Source of the DNA: Candidatus Uhrbacteria bacterium
GTDB lineage: Bacteria; Patescibacteriota; Patescibacteriia; GWA2-47-26
NCBI GenBank assembly: GCA_016187515.1
Contig: JACPJN010000007.1
Location: forward strand, 68,046 to 132,045
Length of the DNA stretch: 64,000 nt
Direction: 5' to 3'
Part shown: positions 1-9,413 of the stretch, piece by piece
How positions within the stretch are numbered: position 1 is the first letter of the stretch
How the letters are laid out: each line of letters begins with the position of its first letter
Notes under the pieces: generated by a model
Databases searched by the model: none
Told to the model about the DNA's origin: nothing
The model's input: the letters and a program-made list of their open reading frames with translations, nothing else
Made by a program: the position numbers and the translations under genes

Positions 1-508
1 TGGTCACAATCAGGCCATCCTTACTCACAACAAATCCGCTCCCGCCGCCGACTTGTTGTTTTTTGGGCGGGCCTGGTGGTTGCTGCGGTGCCGGCTCCTG
101 CGGGATTTCAATCTCAAATCCAAATTGGCGAAACAGATCTTCGGGAAATGGTGAGGTCACACTGCGCTGCGCTACTTCTTTACTAATTACAATAGATACC
201 ACGGCGGGCGAGACCCGCCTGACCACCTCAACTGTAGAATCACTCTCTTGTCCCCCTCCCCTAACCCCTCCCACCAAGGGAGGGGAATTCCCTTTTGCTT
301 CCTCCCCCTTGATGGGGGAGGATTGAGGAGGGGGTGCGGCACGCGGCACGATCCATTGTAACGATGGCGGAAGTGACGCCAGCAACCTCTGCCCGATATT
401 ACCCGCGGCAACCTGGGAGGCCACAATACCGCCGGTTACTCCGGCAACGCTCCCCACCAAAAAACTGATGGTAATCGAGGCCAGAATTGTTTTGCGAAAA
501 TCATTCAT
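1..508 (-). CDS. HtrA/DegP-family trypsin-like serine protease, N-terminal part (runs off window start)
   Basis: Manual translation from ATG 508: MNDFRKTILASITISFLVG...VRRVSPAVVSIVISK...GGGSGFVVSKDGLIVT. TM anchor plus PAVV and GSGF motifs. Contains an in-frame palindromic insert. Confidence 0.85.
   Translation of the reverse strand, partial: MNDFRKTILASITISFLVGSVAGVTGGIVASQVAAGNIGQRLLASLPPSLQWIVPRAAPPPQSSPIKGEEAKGNSPPLVGGVRGGGQESDSTVEVVRRVSPAVVSIVISKEVAQRSVTSPFPEDLFRQFGFEIEIPQEPAPQQPPGPPKKQQVGGGSGFVVSKDGLIVT
253..336. repeat. CCCCTC..GAGGGG palindromic element (family K), in frame inside htrA
   Basis: Nested inverted repeats; nearly the same sequence occurs at 2211-2296. Confidence 0.85.
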
Positions 509-690
509 ACTGCAACCTGATTTTACCATGCGCTGGCACGGGATTTCAATGGCGGAGCGCAAAGGACTGTCCTTGTCCAAATCAATCCCCCTCTCTTAAG
601 ATAAGAGAGGGTGGGGTGAGTTATGAACTCTCGTGATATGTGATACGTATTACGTATATCGTGATTTTATTCTATCAAACCCGCTTGCTA

Positions 691-719
691 TTGACAAAGG
701 TATTTTTCTATGCTATCAT
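691..719 (+). promoter_or_regulatory. sigma70-type promoter
   Basis: TTGACA-17 nt-TATCAT with extended TG. Confidence 0.7.
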
Positions 720-781
720 TATACGTCATACTCGCCCTCTCCAGAAGGCGGGGATATGACTCACCTTCACGGAGGACAACC

Positions 782-1252
782 ATGGACACAGGACAGCAAG
801 ACGACAAGGCATACGGAGCGCGGCTGTTGCGCGCGATGTTGCGCACCATGACGCACGCAACGCACCCCTTCACTCGCGACCAAGCGCGGGTGATCATCCG
901 AGAAAACCGGAGACGGGAGCAGGGTGTCCTGTTCCTGGGCTACATCACCGCCGACAAAAAGTCCTCGCGGTGCGAAAGCTGCTCAAAGCCCTTGCCAGCG
1001 GGTGAGATTGCCCTGCTCCTTCTCGAGCAGACGGACGGACATCCGGGCGGAAGAGGACCGAACCACGGAGCGCACATGTACTGCCACATGCTGTGCCTCA
1101 TGGACGGCTTCACGACCCAAAACGACTCCATCCTCAAGATGGCACCGACGATCAAAAAGATTCTCGCCAGGGGGAAGGAAGAAGCGCGTCGGAGTCGCGC
1201 CGCAAGCAAGTCCGCGCCCAAGACCGACCCCGAGAAGCGCAAGCAGCGCTAG
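782..1252 (+). CDS. Hypothetical protein, possible Zn-binding (CxxC...HxxC)
   Basis: GGAGG SD before ATG 782; CESC and HMLC motifs; own promoter and downstream hairpin plus T-run. Confidence 0.6.
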   Translation: MDTGQQDDKAYGARLLRAMLRTMTHATHPFTRDQARVIIRENRRREQGVLFLGYITADKKSSRCESCSKPLPAGEIALLLLEQTDGHPGGRGPNHGAHMYCHMLCLMDGFTTQNDSILKMAPTIKKILARGKEEARRSRAASKSAPKTDPEKRKQR

Positions 1253-1343
1253 CTGCACCGTCTCGCACCCGCGTCCGTGACGCACATCTCGCCTTCCGCT
1301 CCAGCGAGATCTGTGCCACGGCGCTTTTTTTATTTATTGCCCC

Positions 1344-1790
1344 TCACCTCGACCTCTCCCCCTCCAGAGGCGGGCAGGCGCGGGGAGAGGTGATGCTAAT
1401 TGATACCTTATTCAACTCCCCTCTCCCTCTGGGAGAGGGTGGCTGGAGGCCGGGTGAGGGTTTTTGGAGCATACTTAAAATAGTTTCTATCACCGCTTTA
1501 GTTTCCCTCACCGCAGCATCTGCTCCAAATCGTATCACTCGATATCCTTGACCTTCTAAATATCGCGTGCATGCCGCATCTTTTTCTATTTGCGTCCCGT
1601 GTTGGCTTCCATCAATCTCGATGATCAAAAATTTCTCCTCACAACAAAAGTCGGCAATATATTGCCCTACCGGATGTTGCCGCGGAAATTTATATCCGCC
1701 AAGTCGTCGGTCTCGCAAAAAACTCCACAATTTCCTTTCGCCGTCTGTTTGCCTGTGACGCAGTGTGCGGGCAAGTTTAACATTTGACAT
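1344..1790 (-). CDS. DUF559 / Vsr-like endonuclease-domain protein
   Basis: ARTLR..T..E..LW..LR, RQHPVG.YIADF, IEIDGSQH, GYRVIRF motifs; flanked by family-K palindromes. Confidence 0.85.
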   Translation of the reverse strand: MSNVKLARTLRHRQTDGERKLWSFLRDRRLGGYKFPRQHPVGQYIADFCCEEKFLIIEIDGSQHGTQIEKDAACTRYLEGQGYRVIRFGADAAVRETKAVIETILSMLQKPSPGLQPPSPRGRGELNKVSISITSPRACPPLEGERSR

Positions 1791-1840
1791 ATTGCCCCTC
1801 ACCCCGTCCTCTCCCGCGGGGAGAGGGGTATTGTTAAAAA

Positions 1841-2482
1841 TCAAAAATCCACCCCCTTCTGCGCCAGCACTCCTTTGTCATACGGGTGTTTTACTTTTTC
1901 CATTTTGGTTACCAGATCAGCCATTTCCGCAAGCTCGGGATATTCATTGTGTCCGGTCATCAGTAGATGCACCTCCGGCGGCTTGGCGCGGATTAAATCT
2001 TTTATATCATCCACGCTCAAAAGCATACTATCCACGGCCGACAATATCTCATCCAAAATCACCACTTGGAATTTGTTATTTGTAATTTGTGATTTCGCGA
2101 AGGCCAGGCCTTCGCGCGCGGCTTGCTCGTGATCCTCGATCGGCTTGGCATCCCCAAGGATGCGTACCCACCCTTTGCCGACGATGTGGTATTCCAAGTG
2201 TGCACCATCTTCCCCTCCCCTAACCCCTCCCACAAGGGGAGGGGGATTTTTAATTACTCCCTCTCCCTTGATGGGAGAGGGTTGGGGTGAGGGTGAGGAC
2301 TGCTCCAACCATCTAAACATCCTCCCCTCTCCGGTCTCCCACCCCGCCTCGGCCCCGCCTTTCATAAATTGCATAAACAACACGCGCTTCCCCTGTCCCA
2401 GCGCGCGCAAAGCCAGCCCAATCGCGGCTGTGCTTTTCCCTTTGCCATAACCCCAATAAATCATGACCAAACCTTGTTCCAT
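1841..2482 (-). CDS. cobO: Cob(I)alamin adenosyltransferase (CobA/CobO/BtuR)
   Basis: G.GKGKSTAA.G...RA.G, QFMKG, ILDEI, ADLVT.M..VKHPY..G..A..GVDF. Confidence 0.92.
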   Translation of the reverse strand: MEQGLVMIYWGYGKGKSTAAIGLALRALGQGKRVLFMQFMKGGAEAGWETGEGRMFRWLEQSSPSPQPSPIKGEGVIKNPPPLVGGVRGGEDGAHLEYHIVGKGWVRILGDAKPIEDHEQAAREGLAFAKSQITNNKFQVVILDEILSAVDSMLLSVDDIKDLIRAKPPEVHLLMTGHNEYPELAEMADLVTKMEKVKHPYDKGVLAQKGVDF

Positions 2483-2608
2483 ATTCACTCATTCTATCAA
2501 ATTCAAAGCGGGGGATAAACCCCCGCAATTTGTGTGCTATTCGTTATCAATTATTCGTGAGTCATTCGTTTTATATCCGTGATCCGTGGCCATCCGTGTG
2601 TTGTGGCA

Positions 2609-5074
2609 TCAGCCACAACGAGAAAATCCGCAAGCATTGCATTTGGCGCACCCCTCTTGAAAAGCGAGTAACCCGCCGCAATCCGGACAAGCTGGCGCAA
2701 ATCCTAGATCCATGACATCCCCGGTCCCTTTCTCCAGGACCAAGCGCACCGGTTCTTTAAGTCCGCGATCGCCCTCGGGAACCCACTGTAAATCCAATTT
2801 GCTCTGCCGGAACTTCATGTGTTTTTCCAAGATCTGTCCAATCGCGTCCGGCAGAGAAAGGATCATTTCGCCTTTATACCAAACCGGTTGCGGATCGCGA
2901 ATCCCTTTGAGCTGACGAATAACCGATTCAATGTGCACGCCGGAGCGCAAGGAGAGCGAGATCATCCGACAGATGGCTTCCAGATTGGCCGCGAAGAATC
3001 CTCCGGCCTTGCCCATTTGGGAAAACACCTCAAAAGGACCATGCTCATCCTCGTTAATGGTGATATAAAGATTGCCGTAAGCGGACTTGAGTTTATAAGT
3101 CGTACCGCGCAAAACTTCCGGGCGCGGGCGCGGCTCTAAAACATGAATCGTCTGGGCGGTCGCGGTAGCAGTCGCGGAATCAACTTTGCCTTTTCCATCC
3201 TCGGTTTTTCGGCTATTTAAATTCAGTACTTGCTCCTCGCGTGATCCGTCGCGGTAGACCGTCCCGCCTTTGCAGCCCAGCTCCCAGGCCAGCATATAAC
3301 CCTGGCGCACGTCATCGCGGGTCGCGCGGTTGGGAAAATTAATGGTTTTCGAAATGGAATTATCGGTGTGCTGCTGGAAAGCGGCTTGCATGCGGATATG
3401 GTCTTCCGCGGAAATATCCATCGCCGTAACATAAGTCCGCCGCAGATCTTCGGGCAGATCCGTACGGTGCGCAATCGTGCCTTTTTCCATAACATCCTGC
3501 ATCAGCTCCTCGCTCCACAAATTCCGCTCTTTGAGTTTGCGTTCAAAATAGGGATTGGCGTAAAGCAAACTATCGCCGCCCATGATGTTCTCTTTTTTGT
3601 AAGCCAGCGCGAAAAACGGCTCCACTCCGGAAGAACAATCAAAAAACATCGAGATTGAACCGGTGGGCGCCACCGTGGTGAGTGCGGCGTTGCGCTGGAG
3701 CCGATTCTGCCCGGTCGGCCCAAAAATACTCCCTTCCCAATTCGGGAATACTCCTTTTTTCTTGGCAAGTTCTTCGGAATAGTCATGGGCCGTATCGTTT
3801 ACTATTTTCATGACCCGCCCCGCCATAGCCAATCCTTCCGGAGAATTGTAGCCAAGGTCGAGCTGGTACAGCATGTCGGCAAAGCCCATAATTCCCAGTC
3901 CGACTCGGCGATTGTTTCTAAAAGTACGATTAACTTTTTCAACCGGGAAGTCCGACACATCTACGACATTGTCGAGCATGCGCACCGCCATTTTAGTGGC
4001 ATGGCGCAATCCTTCCTCGTCAATGGCCCCGCCTTTTACAAACTTCGCTAAGTTCACTGAACCAAGATTGCACACATCCCCGTCATGCAGCCACTGCTCG
4101 CCGCACGGGTTAGTCGCTTCCAGCCGCCCCAAGGCCGGAACCGGATTAGTCCGATTGGCCGCGTCCGGAAACAGCACGCCCGGCTCGCCGTTTAGCCAAG
4201 CCGACTCAACTATTTTATCCATGAGTTCCCGCGCCGTCAGAGTAACGTCTTCATGCGCAACATACGCGCCGCGGTTGTTGCGCTTAATTAACCGCGGTTT
4301 CATCTTTTGGCCTTTCCACTCGCAAAGCCAGGGCTCTTTGGAATTTGTTTTAACTTGCCGCATAAACTCATCCGTCATTCCCACCGACACATTGAAATTC
4401 ACGATCGTGCCTTCTTTGCGTTTGCAATCAATGAATTCCAAAATATCCGGATGGTCAACCCGCATGACTCCCATGTTCGCCCCATGCCGGCCTTGCTGTT
4501 TGATTACTCCAAACGCGGTGTTATAAGCGTGCAAAAATGAAATCGGTCCGGACGCTTGTCCGCGGCTGGCAACCGTAAGATTCCCCGCCGGACGCAAAAG
4601 ATGCCAGGCAAAGCCAAGGCCCGAACCGGCTTGCTGAAGAAGCGAGGCGTCGCGAAGCGTGCTAAAAATTCCGTCCATGCTGTCTCCAAAATGCAAAACA
4701 ATGCAGTTGGCCACTACTCGGGTCGGTCCTCCCGCATTGGTAATGGTTCTTCCGGCCGGAGTAAACTCAAATCGCGACAGGACCCCATAAAACTCCTTTT
4801 CCCACCCGCGCGTTTCTGCTTCTGTCGCGCCATACTGATATTCAACTTCCGCCAAAGCGCGGGCCAGGCGCAAAAACATTCCTTTCGGCGTTTCCACCAC
4901 CTCGCCCTTTTCATTACGCACCAAATAACGTTTTTCAATCACCCGAATCGCGTTATCGGTAAAACCGAGCTCGCGGCCGTCTTTCCAAATCTGCTCTTTG
5001 GTTACGGATTGCGCTTTGGCAAGATCGCTTTTTGTGGCGTAGGTATAGGAGGTTGAAGAGGCAACCGGCGACAT
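2609..5074 (-). CDS. nrdJ: Class II (adenosylcobalamin-dependent) ribonucleotide reductase with C-terminal TSCPD/Zn-ribbon
   Basis: TNPCGEQ, CNLGSVNL, APTGSIS, SKTINFP, TVYRDGSR; C-terminal CxxC..EGC..C..CGFSRC. Confidence 0.93.
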   Translation of the reverse strand: MSPVASSTSYTYATKSDLAKAQSVTKEQIWKDGRELGFTDNAIRVIEKRYLVRNEKGEVVETPKGMFLRLARALAEVEYQYGATEAETRGWEKEFYGVLSRFEFTPAGRTITNAGGPTRVVANCIVLHFGDSMDGIFSTLRDASLLQQAGSGLGFAWHLLRPAGNLTVASRGQASGPISFLHAYNTAFGVIKQQGRHGANMGVMRVDHPDILEFIDCKRKEGTIVNFNVSVGMTDEFMRQVKTNSKEPWLCEWKGQKMKPRLIKRNNRGAYVAHEDVTLTARELMDKIVESAWLNGEPGVLFPDAANRTNPVPALGRLEATNPCGEQWLHDGDVCNLGSVNLAKFVKGGAIDEEGLRHATKMAVRMLDNVVDVSDFPVEKVNRTFRNNRRVGLGIMGFADMLYQLDLGYNSPEGLAMAGRVMKIVNDTAHDYSEELAKKKGVFPNWEGSIFGPTGQNRLQRNAALTTVAPTGSISMFFDCSSGVEPFFALAYKKENIMGGDSLLYANPYFERKLKERNLWSEELMQDVMEKGTIAHRTDLPEDLRRTYVTAMDISAEDHIRMQAAFQQHTDNSISKTINFPNRATRDDVRQGYMLAWELGCKGGTVYRDGSREEQVLNLNSRKTEDGKGKVDSATATATAQTIHVLEPRPRPEVLRGTTYKLKSAYGNLYITINEDEHGPFEVFSQMGKAGGFFAANLEAICRMISLSLRSGVHIESVIRQLKGIRDPQPVWYKGEMILSLPDAIGQILEKHMKFRQSKLDLQWVPEGDRGLKEPVRLVLEKGTGDVMDLGFAPACPDCGGLLAFQEGCAKCNACGFSRCG

Positions 5075-5355
5075 ATTTACTATAAAATTATGAGAGTTTT
5101 TAAAGAGAAAAAAATACACCTCCTTTGCGCTTCAAAATTGGGCGTGAAAAGTGGAGGTTTATCCCTACTCCTTATCCATTGTACGCTATCCCCTCCATGG
5201 GCTGTCAAATTTGCAAAAATACCCGCACTTTACTGCTGTTTTTCTGCCTGGCCGTCGCGACAATTTATTTTCTGTGGATAACCGTCTGAAATGTCTCGGT
5301 GGATAAAATCAAAACCGCCCCTTATGGGTCGGTTTTGATTTCGTGCTGCTTCGTT

Positions 5356-6540
5356 TTACGAACCAAGTTTGCGCCGGATAAACGCGGGGATTTCGAGATC
5401 TTCTTCGCTTTGCCCGGCGGCCGAGGCCGCGGCGGTCTTTTTGGGCTCTTCGCGGCGTACGGGTCTGGCCTCAAAGGACTTGGCGGTCTTTTCTTCGAAT
5501 TTGCGCTCCACCCGGGGCGGAGCATAAGAGGCAATCGGCTGAACCGGCGCCAGGCGAGGAGCGGACATAAATGGAATGGGCTGCGGCGCTCCGGAAAATC
5601 CAGTCGCAATTACCGTAATCTTGACCTCGTCTTTAAGGCCTTCATCCAAAACGGCTCCGAAAATCACTTTGGCGTGCGGATCAGCGCTGCTGGTAATCAG
5701 TTTGGCCGCTTCATTGACCTCATGCATGCCGAGCGATGTCCCGCCGGCAATGGTAAAGAGGACGCCTTTGGCGCCGTCAATGGAAATTTCCAAAAGCGGC
5801 GAGGCGATCGCGGCTTTGGCCGCCTCGGTCGCGCGATTTTCTCCGGTGGCCCGTCCAATGCCCATGAGCGCCGAACCCGCTTGCGACATGATGGCTTTAA
5901 CATCCGCGAAATCAACATTGATGAGTCCCGGCACGGTGATGAGCTCGGAGATCCCCTGGACCCCTTGGCGCAGCACTTCATCAACTGTATCAAAGGCCTC
6001 CAACAGCGAGGTCTTTTTATCAATAATCTGCAGCACGCGGTCATTGGGAATGGTGATAATGGTGTCGACTCGCTCGATGAGTTCCGCGTGCGCGCGTTCG
6101 GCAATCTCGCCGCGCTGACTTCCTTCAAAAGAAAACGGTTTAGTAACTACCGCGACAGTCAGCGCTCCGGAGTCCCGCGCGATCTCCGCGATAATGGGAG
6201 CGGCTCCGGAACCGGTGCCGCCGCCCAGTCCGCAAGTAATAAAGACCATATCCGCTCCTTTGACCGCGTCGCGGATTTCATTTTGCGCTTCTTCGGCCGC
6301 GCGCCGCCCGGACTCCGGATCCATTCCGGCGCCCAATCCCTTGGTAACGGTTTTGCCCAGCTGCAGCTTGCCCGGAGCAAGACAGTAATGCAGCGCTTGC
6401 AAATCGGTGTTCATGGCCACAAATTCCACACCGCGAATTTTGCTGCGCACCATCCGATTGAGCGCGCTGCCTCCTGATCCCCCGACGCCGACAACTTTGA
6501 TTTTTGCAAACGTCTCGATCTCCGGCTTGACTTCTGGCAT
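5356..6540 (-). CDS. ftsZ: Cell division protein FtsZ
   Basis: GGGTGSG tubulin signature; C-terminal LEIPAFIRR. Confidence 0.98.
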   Translation of the reverse strand: MPEVKPEIETFAKIKVVGVGGSGGSALNRMVRSKIRGVEFVAMNTDLQALHYCLAPGKLQLGKTVTKGLGAGMDPESGRRAAEEAQNEIRDAVKGADMVFITCGLGGGTGSGAAPIIAEIARDSGALTVAVVTKPFSFEGSQRGEIAERAHAELIERVDTIITIPNDRVLQIIDKKTSLLEAFDTVDEVLRQGVQGISELITVPGLINVDFADVKAIMSQAGSALMGIGRATGENRATEAAKAAIASPLLEISIDGAKGVLFTIAGGTSLGMHEVNEAAKLITSSADPHAKVIFGAVLDEGLKDEVKITVIATGFSGAPQPIPFMSAPRLAPVQPIASYAPPRVERKFEEKTAKSFEARPVRREEPKKTAAASAAGQSEEDLEIPAFIRRKLGS

Positions 6541-6626
6541 ACGTTTTCTAAGTTATTGGGTTATTGGGTTATTGGGTTATTTTTGAGTCAATTCGTAATA
6601 ACTCAATAACTTAGTAACTTAATAAC

Positions 6627-7886
6627 TCACGGTATTAGTGATTTAAATAATTTTTTCAAACCCATACTCACTTTGCCCAGTCCGCGAATAGATACGAACT
6701 GCGACAGGCGTCCTTTTGGCGCGCGATCTTTGGACATCTCATAACCCCACACGGTTAGTCCGACCGCGGTGGCAAAGGAAGTGTCGCTGCCCCGATCCAA
6801 AAGCGAGGAAACGCCGCCGGGATAGCCAAGGGAAGCGGGTAAACGCAGTTTTTCTTTAGCCAGCTCAACCAAGCCATTAAGCCGCGCTCCTCCGCCGGTA
6901 AAAATGATTCCGGAAGGCAGCATCGCGGAACGCCCGATTTTTTTCAGTTCCCGATCAATCCGTTCAAAGATCTCTTCCACGCGCGCCTGAATAATCTCGG
7001 CAATGTAACGGCGGGAAACCAGCTCATTTTCTCCGCCAAGATCCCCCAGGTTGATTTCTTCCTTTTTATTAATTTCCTTGGGCAGCGCGGTCCCATGTTC
7101 TATTTTTACCCGTTCCGCCACGTCAATGGAAGTACGCAGACCAATCGCGATATCAGAAGTAATATGATCACTGCCGATGGGAATGATGCCGGTGGTTAAA
7201 AGATCTCCTTCTTCAAAGACCACGTAACTCGTGGTGGATGAACCCAGATCAACCACGGCCACGCCCAATTCTTTTTGGCGCGAGCTGGTAATGGTTTCGG
7301 TGGCCGCGAGAATGGACAAGACCAGATCCTCGATATCCAAGCCGGTACGATATACGCATTTGGTTAAATTTTTAATCTGCGAACTTAACCCTTGAATAAT
7401 CTGCGCGTCCACTTCCAGCCGAATCCCGGTCATCCCGACCGGATCCTTTACGCCGGATTGCCCATCAACCGTAAACGACTTCGGGATGACGTGTAGAATT
7501 TCGTAGTTTAAGGGAGTGGCCACCGTGCGAGCCGCCTCAATCGCGCGTTCCACATCTTCCTCGGTAATCTCGCCATTGGGTTTGCCGACCGCGACCACGC
7601 CGCGAGATTCTTCGGTCAAAATATGCAGTCCGGAAATCCCGACCCAGGCCCGCTCCAGCGGCGCTCCCAGCACGCGTTCGGCTTTTTCAAGGCAGGAGGA
7701 GACCGCCGCGGTGGCATCTTCAATGGAAGAAATCACGCCTTTGGAAATACCGGCGGAGGGAACTTCAAATGCGCCGACGACCTGCAGTTCGCTTTCTTTC
7801 TCGCTTACGGACACGCGCTGACCCACGGCCAGACGAATCGCCGAAGATCCCAAATCCAGCCCGACAATAAATGGTTCGTTGTTCAT
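6627..7886 (-). CDS. ftsA: Cell division protein FtsA
   Basis: GLDLGSS, DPVGMTGIRLE, TGGGA; start re-assigned to MNNEPF. Confidence 0.96.
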   Translation of the reverse strand: MNNEPFIVGLDLGSSAIRLAVGQRVSVSEKESELQVVGAFEVPSAGISKGVISSIEDATAAVSSCLEKAERVLGAPLERAWVGISGLHILTEESRGVVAVGKPNGEITEEDVERAIEAARTVATPLNYEILHVIPKSFTVDGQSGVKDPVGMTGIRLEVDAQIIQGLSSQIKNLTKCVYRTGLDIEDLVLSILAATETITSSRQKELGVAVVDLGSSTTSYVVFEEGDLLTTGIIPIGSDHITSDIAIGLRTSIDVAERVKIEHGTALPKEINKKEEINLGDLGGENELVSRRYIAEIIQARVEEIFERIDRELKKIGRSAMLPSGIIFTGGGARLNGLVELAKEKLRLPASLGYPGGVSSLLDRGSDTSFATAVGLTVWGYEMSKDRAPKGRLSQFVSIRGLGKVSMGLKKLFKSLIP

Positions 7887-8092
7887 ATCGGTATGTTCGG
7901 TATGTATATAGACATGATAGTCCAAAAAATGACACCCCGCAAAGGTGTCAATGTGGATATATTGGACAAAAAATGTGTTCACTGTTGTGGTTGGCGGTAT
8001 AGCAGCTCGTATCGGTGTAGTGATACGGTTTCGCCAATTGACGTACGACCACACCATTTAACGATACGGGCGGCGACACCTACACCGCCATC

Positions 8093-8452
8093 CTACTCAA
8101 TGAAATACGGCACAAAGATAAGCAGTCCGACAATTAGGGCGCCGAGGGAGGCGATAAGCACCGCCCCGGCCATCAGATCTTTAATCTCCTCCACCATCGG
8201 GTGGATGCGCGGCTTAAAAACGTCGACAAATCGCTCCAGAATACTGTTGATGATCTCCAGAGTCAGCACCAGAATAATCAGCATCACCAGCGCGACCGTC
8301 TGCCAAGGCGGCACACGAAACCAGATGATTAAGGCAATCACGACCAGCGCAGAAAAAATTTGAACTCGAAAACTCTGCTCGCGCTGCCAAGCCACCGCAA
8401 TTCCGCGCGAAGCGTAGTGGAAACTCTTTATAAGACGACGGATGCTGAGCAT
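8093..8452 (-). CDS. dgkA: Diacylglycerol/undecaprenol kinase (DgkA family)
   Basis: SFHYA.RGI, EIINS.LE..VD, KDLMAGAV. Confidence 0.9.
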   Translation of the reverse strand: MLSIRRLIKSFHYASRGIAVAWQREQSFRVQIFSALVVIALIIWFRVPPWQTVALVMLIILVLTLEIINSILERFVDVFKPRIHPMVEEIKDLMAGAVLIASLGALIVGLLIFVPYFIE

Positions 8453-8516
8453 AATTGATAATTAATCTAATTGACCTAATTGTTCTAATTATTCTAAACA
8501 AATCCCAATAATCCAA

Positions 8517-8894
8517 TCATTCCTTTTTCTTCACCTTTTTATAGATTGCATTAAATATAAGATTCAGCTCCTTTGCTTCTTGCCAGAGAACTCGTGCCTC
8601 ACTCGCAAGTTCTACTACGGCTACAGCAATCATGCGAAGAAAATGTTTTGCTTCCCGTGATTCTTTTTTACATATACCAATTTTGTGCCGAAAATCCTGT
8701 CCACTTTCAGCATCATCAGCTTCACAATAATTGGCTCCTATACTCGTGCCCGCACCCACCAATTGTGGAACAAGACGCTGGGTTACTGGAGTCATGGGCA
8801 CTCTCTTTGCAAATTTAATGATATCTTCCCCAAATTTCGCTGTTCGTTCTTCTAAATCCCACTTCTTATCATTGGGGCTTTCTTCTTTGGTCAT
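8517..8894 (-). CDS. Four-helix-bundle protein (23S rRNA IVS-protein / TIGR02436-like)
   Basis: DLEERT..F, QL..AGTSIGANY.EA..A.S..DF.HK..I..KE..E; AT-rich short repeats on both sides. Confidence 0.88.
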   Translation of the reverse strand: MTKEESPNDKKWDLEERTAKFGEDIIKFAKRVPMTPVTQRLVPQLVGAGTSIGANYCEADDAESGQDFRHKIGICKKESREAKHFLRMIAVAVVELASEARVLWQEAKELNLIFNAIYKKVKKKE

Positions 8895-8924
8895 TGTTTA
8901 GGTCAATTAGGTAAATTAAAATAA

Positions 8925-9401
8925 TTAGGTTAATTCTTCGAGCACTTTCGCTTCTATCTTCTCCATCTTCCTCGCCTCTTTCTCTTGAACATGATCATAC
9001 TCCAGGAGGTGCAGGAAGCCATGCAAGGCCAGTCGAGCAATTTCGTAGTTCATGGTCCACCCGCACTTTTTTGCCTCGCGCTTTGCTTCCGGAAGGGAAA
9101 TAAAAATATCACCCAAGTCAACTGAAGAACGTAGGGACTTATGAACTAAAGAACTCGATTGTTCTTTCGTTCTTTTATTCTTTCGTTCTTTTGTTGTTCC
9201 AAACGCCAGCACATTCGTCGTCCTATCTTTCCCGCGATACTGACTGTTGAACGCGCGCATTTTTTCATCACCGACAAAACTGACTGATACGGCTGTACCG
9301 CTAGGATATTTTACATTCTTCGCGGCGTGCTCAATAATTTTTTTTACCACGCCGTCATATTTTTTTGCAGATGACAGTTCGTATCGAACAACAATTTCCA
9401 T
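8925..9401 (-). CDS. ybeY: rRNA maturation RNase YbeY
   Basis: N..YRGKD..T.VL.F, LGDIFIS, HGFLHLL.YDH. Confidence 0.93.
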   Translation of the reverse strand: MEIVVRYELSSAKKYDGVVKKIIEHAAKNVKYPSGTAVSVSFVGDEKMRAFNSQYRGKDRTTNVLAFGTTKERKNKRTKEQSSSLVHKSLRSSVDLGDIFISLPEAKREAKKCGWTMNYEIARLALHGFLHLLEYDHVQEKEARKMEKIEAKVLEELT

Positions 9402-9413
9402 GATTCATGATTC

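Noticed and set aside
5299-6477. Long antisense ORFs (392 aa opposite ftsZ; 562 aa at 12121-13809; many others)
   Set aside because: Shadow frames of GC-rich genes with no recognisable motifs.
7987-8095. Integron attC site
   Set aside because: Core-site orientation (RYYYAAC...GTTRRRY) is not satisfied and no integron integrase is seen.
8517-8894. DGR Avd gene
   Set aside because: No adjacent RT or TR; the motif pattern fits the stand-alone IVS-type four-helix family.
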